This document shows, in pieces, positions 63,180 to 64,000 of a stretch of DNA of 64,000 bases (position 1 is the first letter of the stretch; each line of letters starts with the position of its first letter). The notes under the pieces were generated by a model. That model worked only from the letters and a program-made list of their open reading frames with translations, did not search any database and was not told where the DNA came from. The position numbers were made by a program, and so were the translations under genes. Origin of the DNA: Octopus sinensis (Eukaryota); contig NC_043005.1 of assembly GCF_006345805.1 (NCBI RefSeq), positions 109,058,001-109,122,000 of the forward strand, in the 5' to 3' direction.

Positions 63180-63249
63180 CTGAAGTCTTGCTTTTAGTGA
63201 AAGGATTTGATGTATTGCACAGTTCCACAATTGTTTCACTGTGCAGCTG
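63180..63249 (-). CDS. Candidate 70-nt coding exon of an unidentified gene
   Basis: Acceptor ttacctcttgcag and donor CAG|gtcagt; open in two frames (QLHSETIVELCNTSNPFTKSKTS or SCTVKQLWNCAIHQILSLKARLQ); no homology recognised. Confidence 0.2.
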
Positions 63250-63404
63250 CTGCAAGAGGTAACTCAATGCCGAAGACACCATATTCAGATGATATATGTA
63301 TACACGCACTTTTTTTCCCCTGTAGTTTCAGCTCATAGCTGCAGCCATGCTGATGCACTGCCATATATGCATGTGTATGTGTATTCATGCATATGTGTAG
63401 GTAT

Positions 63405-63870
63405 AGGCATGGCTGTGTGGTAAGGAGCCTGCTTCGCAACCACATGGTTCCAGGTTCAGTCCTACTGCTTTGCACCTTGAGTATATACACATATATATAT
63501 ACGACAGGCTTCTTTCAGTTTCCATGTACCAAATCCACTCACAAGGCTCTGGTTGACCCAAGACTATAGTGGAAGACAGTTATTTCTACTATAGTCTTGG
63601 GTCAACCAGAACCTTGTGAGTGGATTTGGTATATGGAAACTGAAAGAAGCCTGTCGTATATATATATGTGTATATATATTTAGAGGCCTACACCGGTGTT
63701 GGTGTATTTGTGTTCCTGTAACTTCGTAGTTTAGCAAAAGGGATCGATAGAATAAGTACTAGGCTAAAAAAACAATATACCTCATGGGGTTCGATTTGTT
63801 TGACAAACACCTTTTAAGGTAGTGCTTCAGAATGGCTGCAGTCAAATGACTGAAACAAATAAAAGAATGT
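63405..63870 (+). mobile_element. SINE family A with an internal inverted duplication
   Basis: 63481-63575 is the reverse complement of 63585-63680. Confidence 0.85.
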
Positions 63871-64000
63871 ATGTATGCAACTACATGTGTATGCATGTAC
63901 TTACATACATACTCATATGTATGTGTATATATGTATGTATGTATGTATGTATATATATATATTAATTATAATAAAGGGTTAATTGCAACAAGTTGCTCAA

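Overview
AT-rich, repeat-saturated eukaryotic genomic DNA, most likely an Octopus-type coleoid cephalopod. That assignment is inferred from the SINE repertoire and the (TA)n/(CA)n/(ATT)n load, not from any database search. No host protein-coding gene could be identified with confidence; nearly all ORF-track entries are translations of microsatellites or SINEs. Supported content: about 19 copies of one ~400-bp tRNA-derived SINE plus at least five other SINE families; a full-length, disabled DD37D (maT-type) Tc1/mariner at 10805-12093; a DD34E Tc1 fragment; a young, GC-rich, 5'-truncated RTE/BovB-like LINE nested inside a SINE (34335-35275); R4/Dong-like and RTE-like LINE relics; TTAA (piggyBac-type) MITEs; several long foldback palindromes; Penelope-like terminal repeats with minimal hammerhead-ribozyme folds; and a probable Helitron-type fragment. 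The most interesting signals are: (i) two independent MITEs built by mirroring the 3' end of a transposase gene; (ii) a hammerhead-like fold with a non-canonical CUGUCGA core present in two copies; (iii) the GC-rich RTE with an open reading frame, a horizontal-transfer candidate; (iv) a 92-bp target-site duplication; (v) an (AAT)n-targeting non-coding element; (vi) a pri-miRNA-like hairpin. Coordinates were counted by eye and the ends of degraded repeats are approximate.
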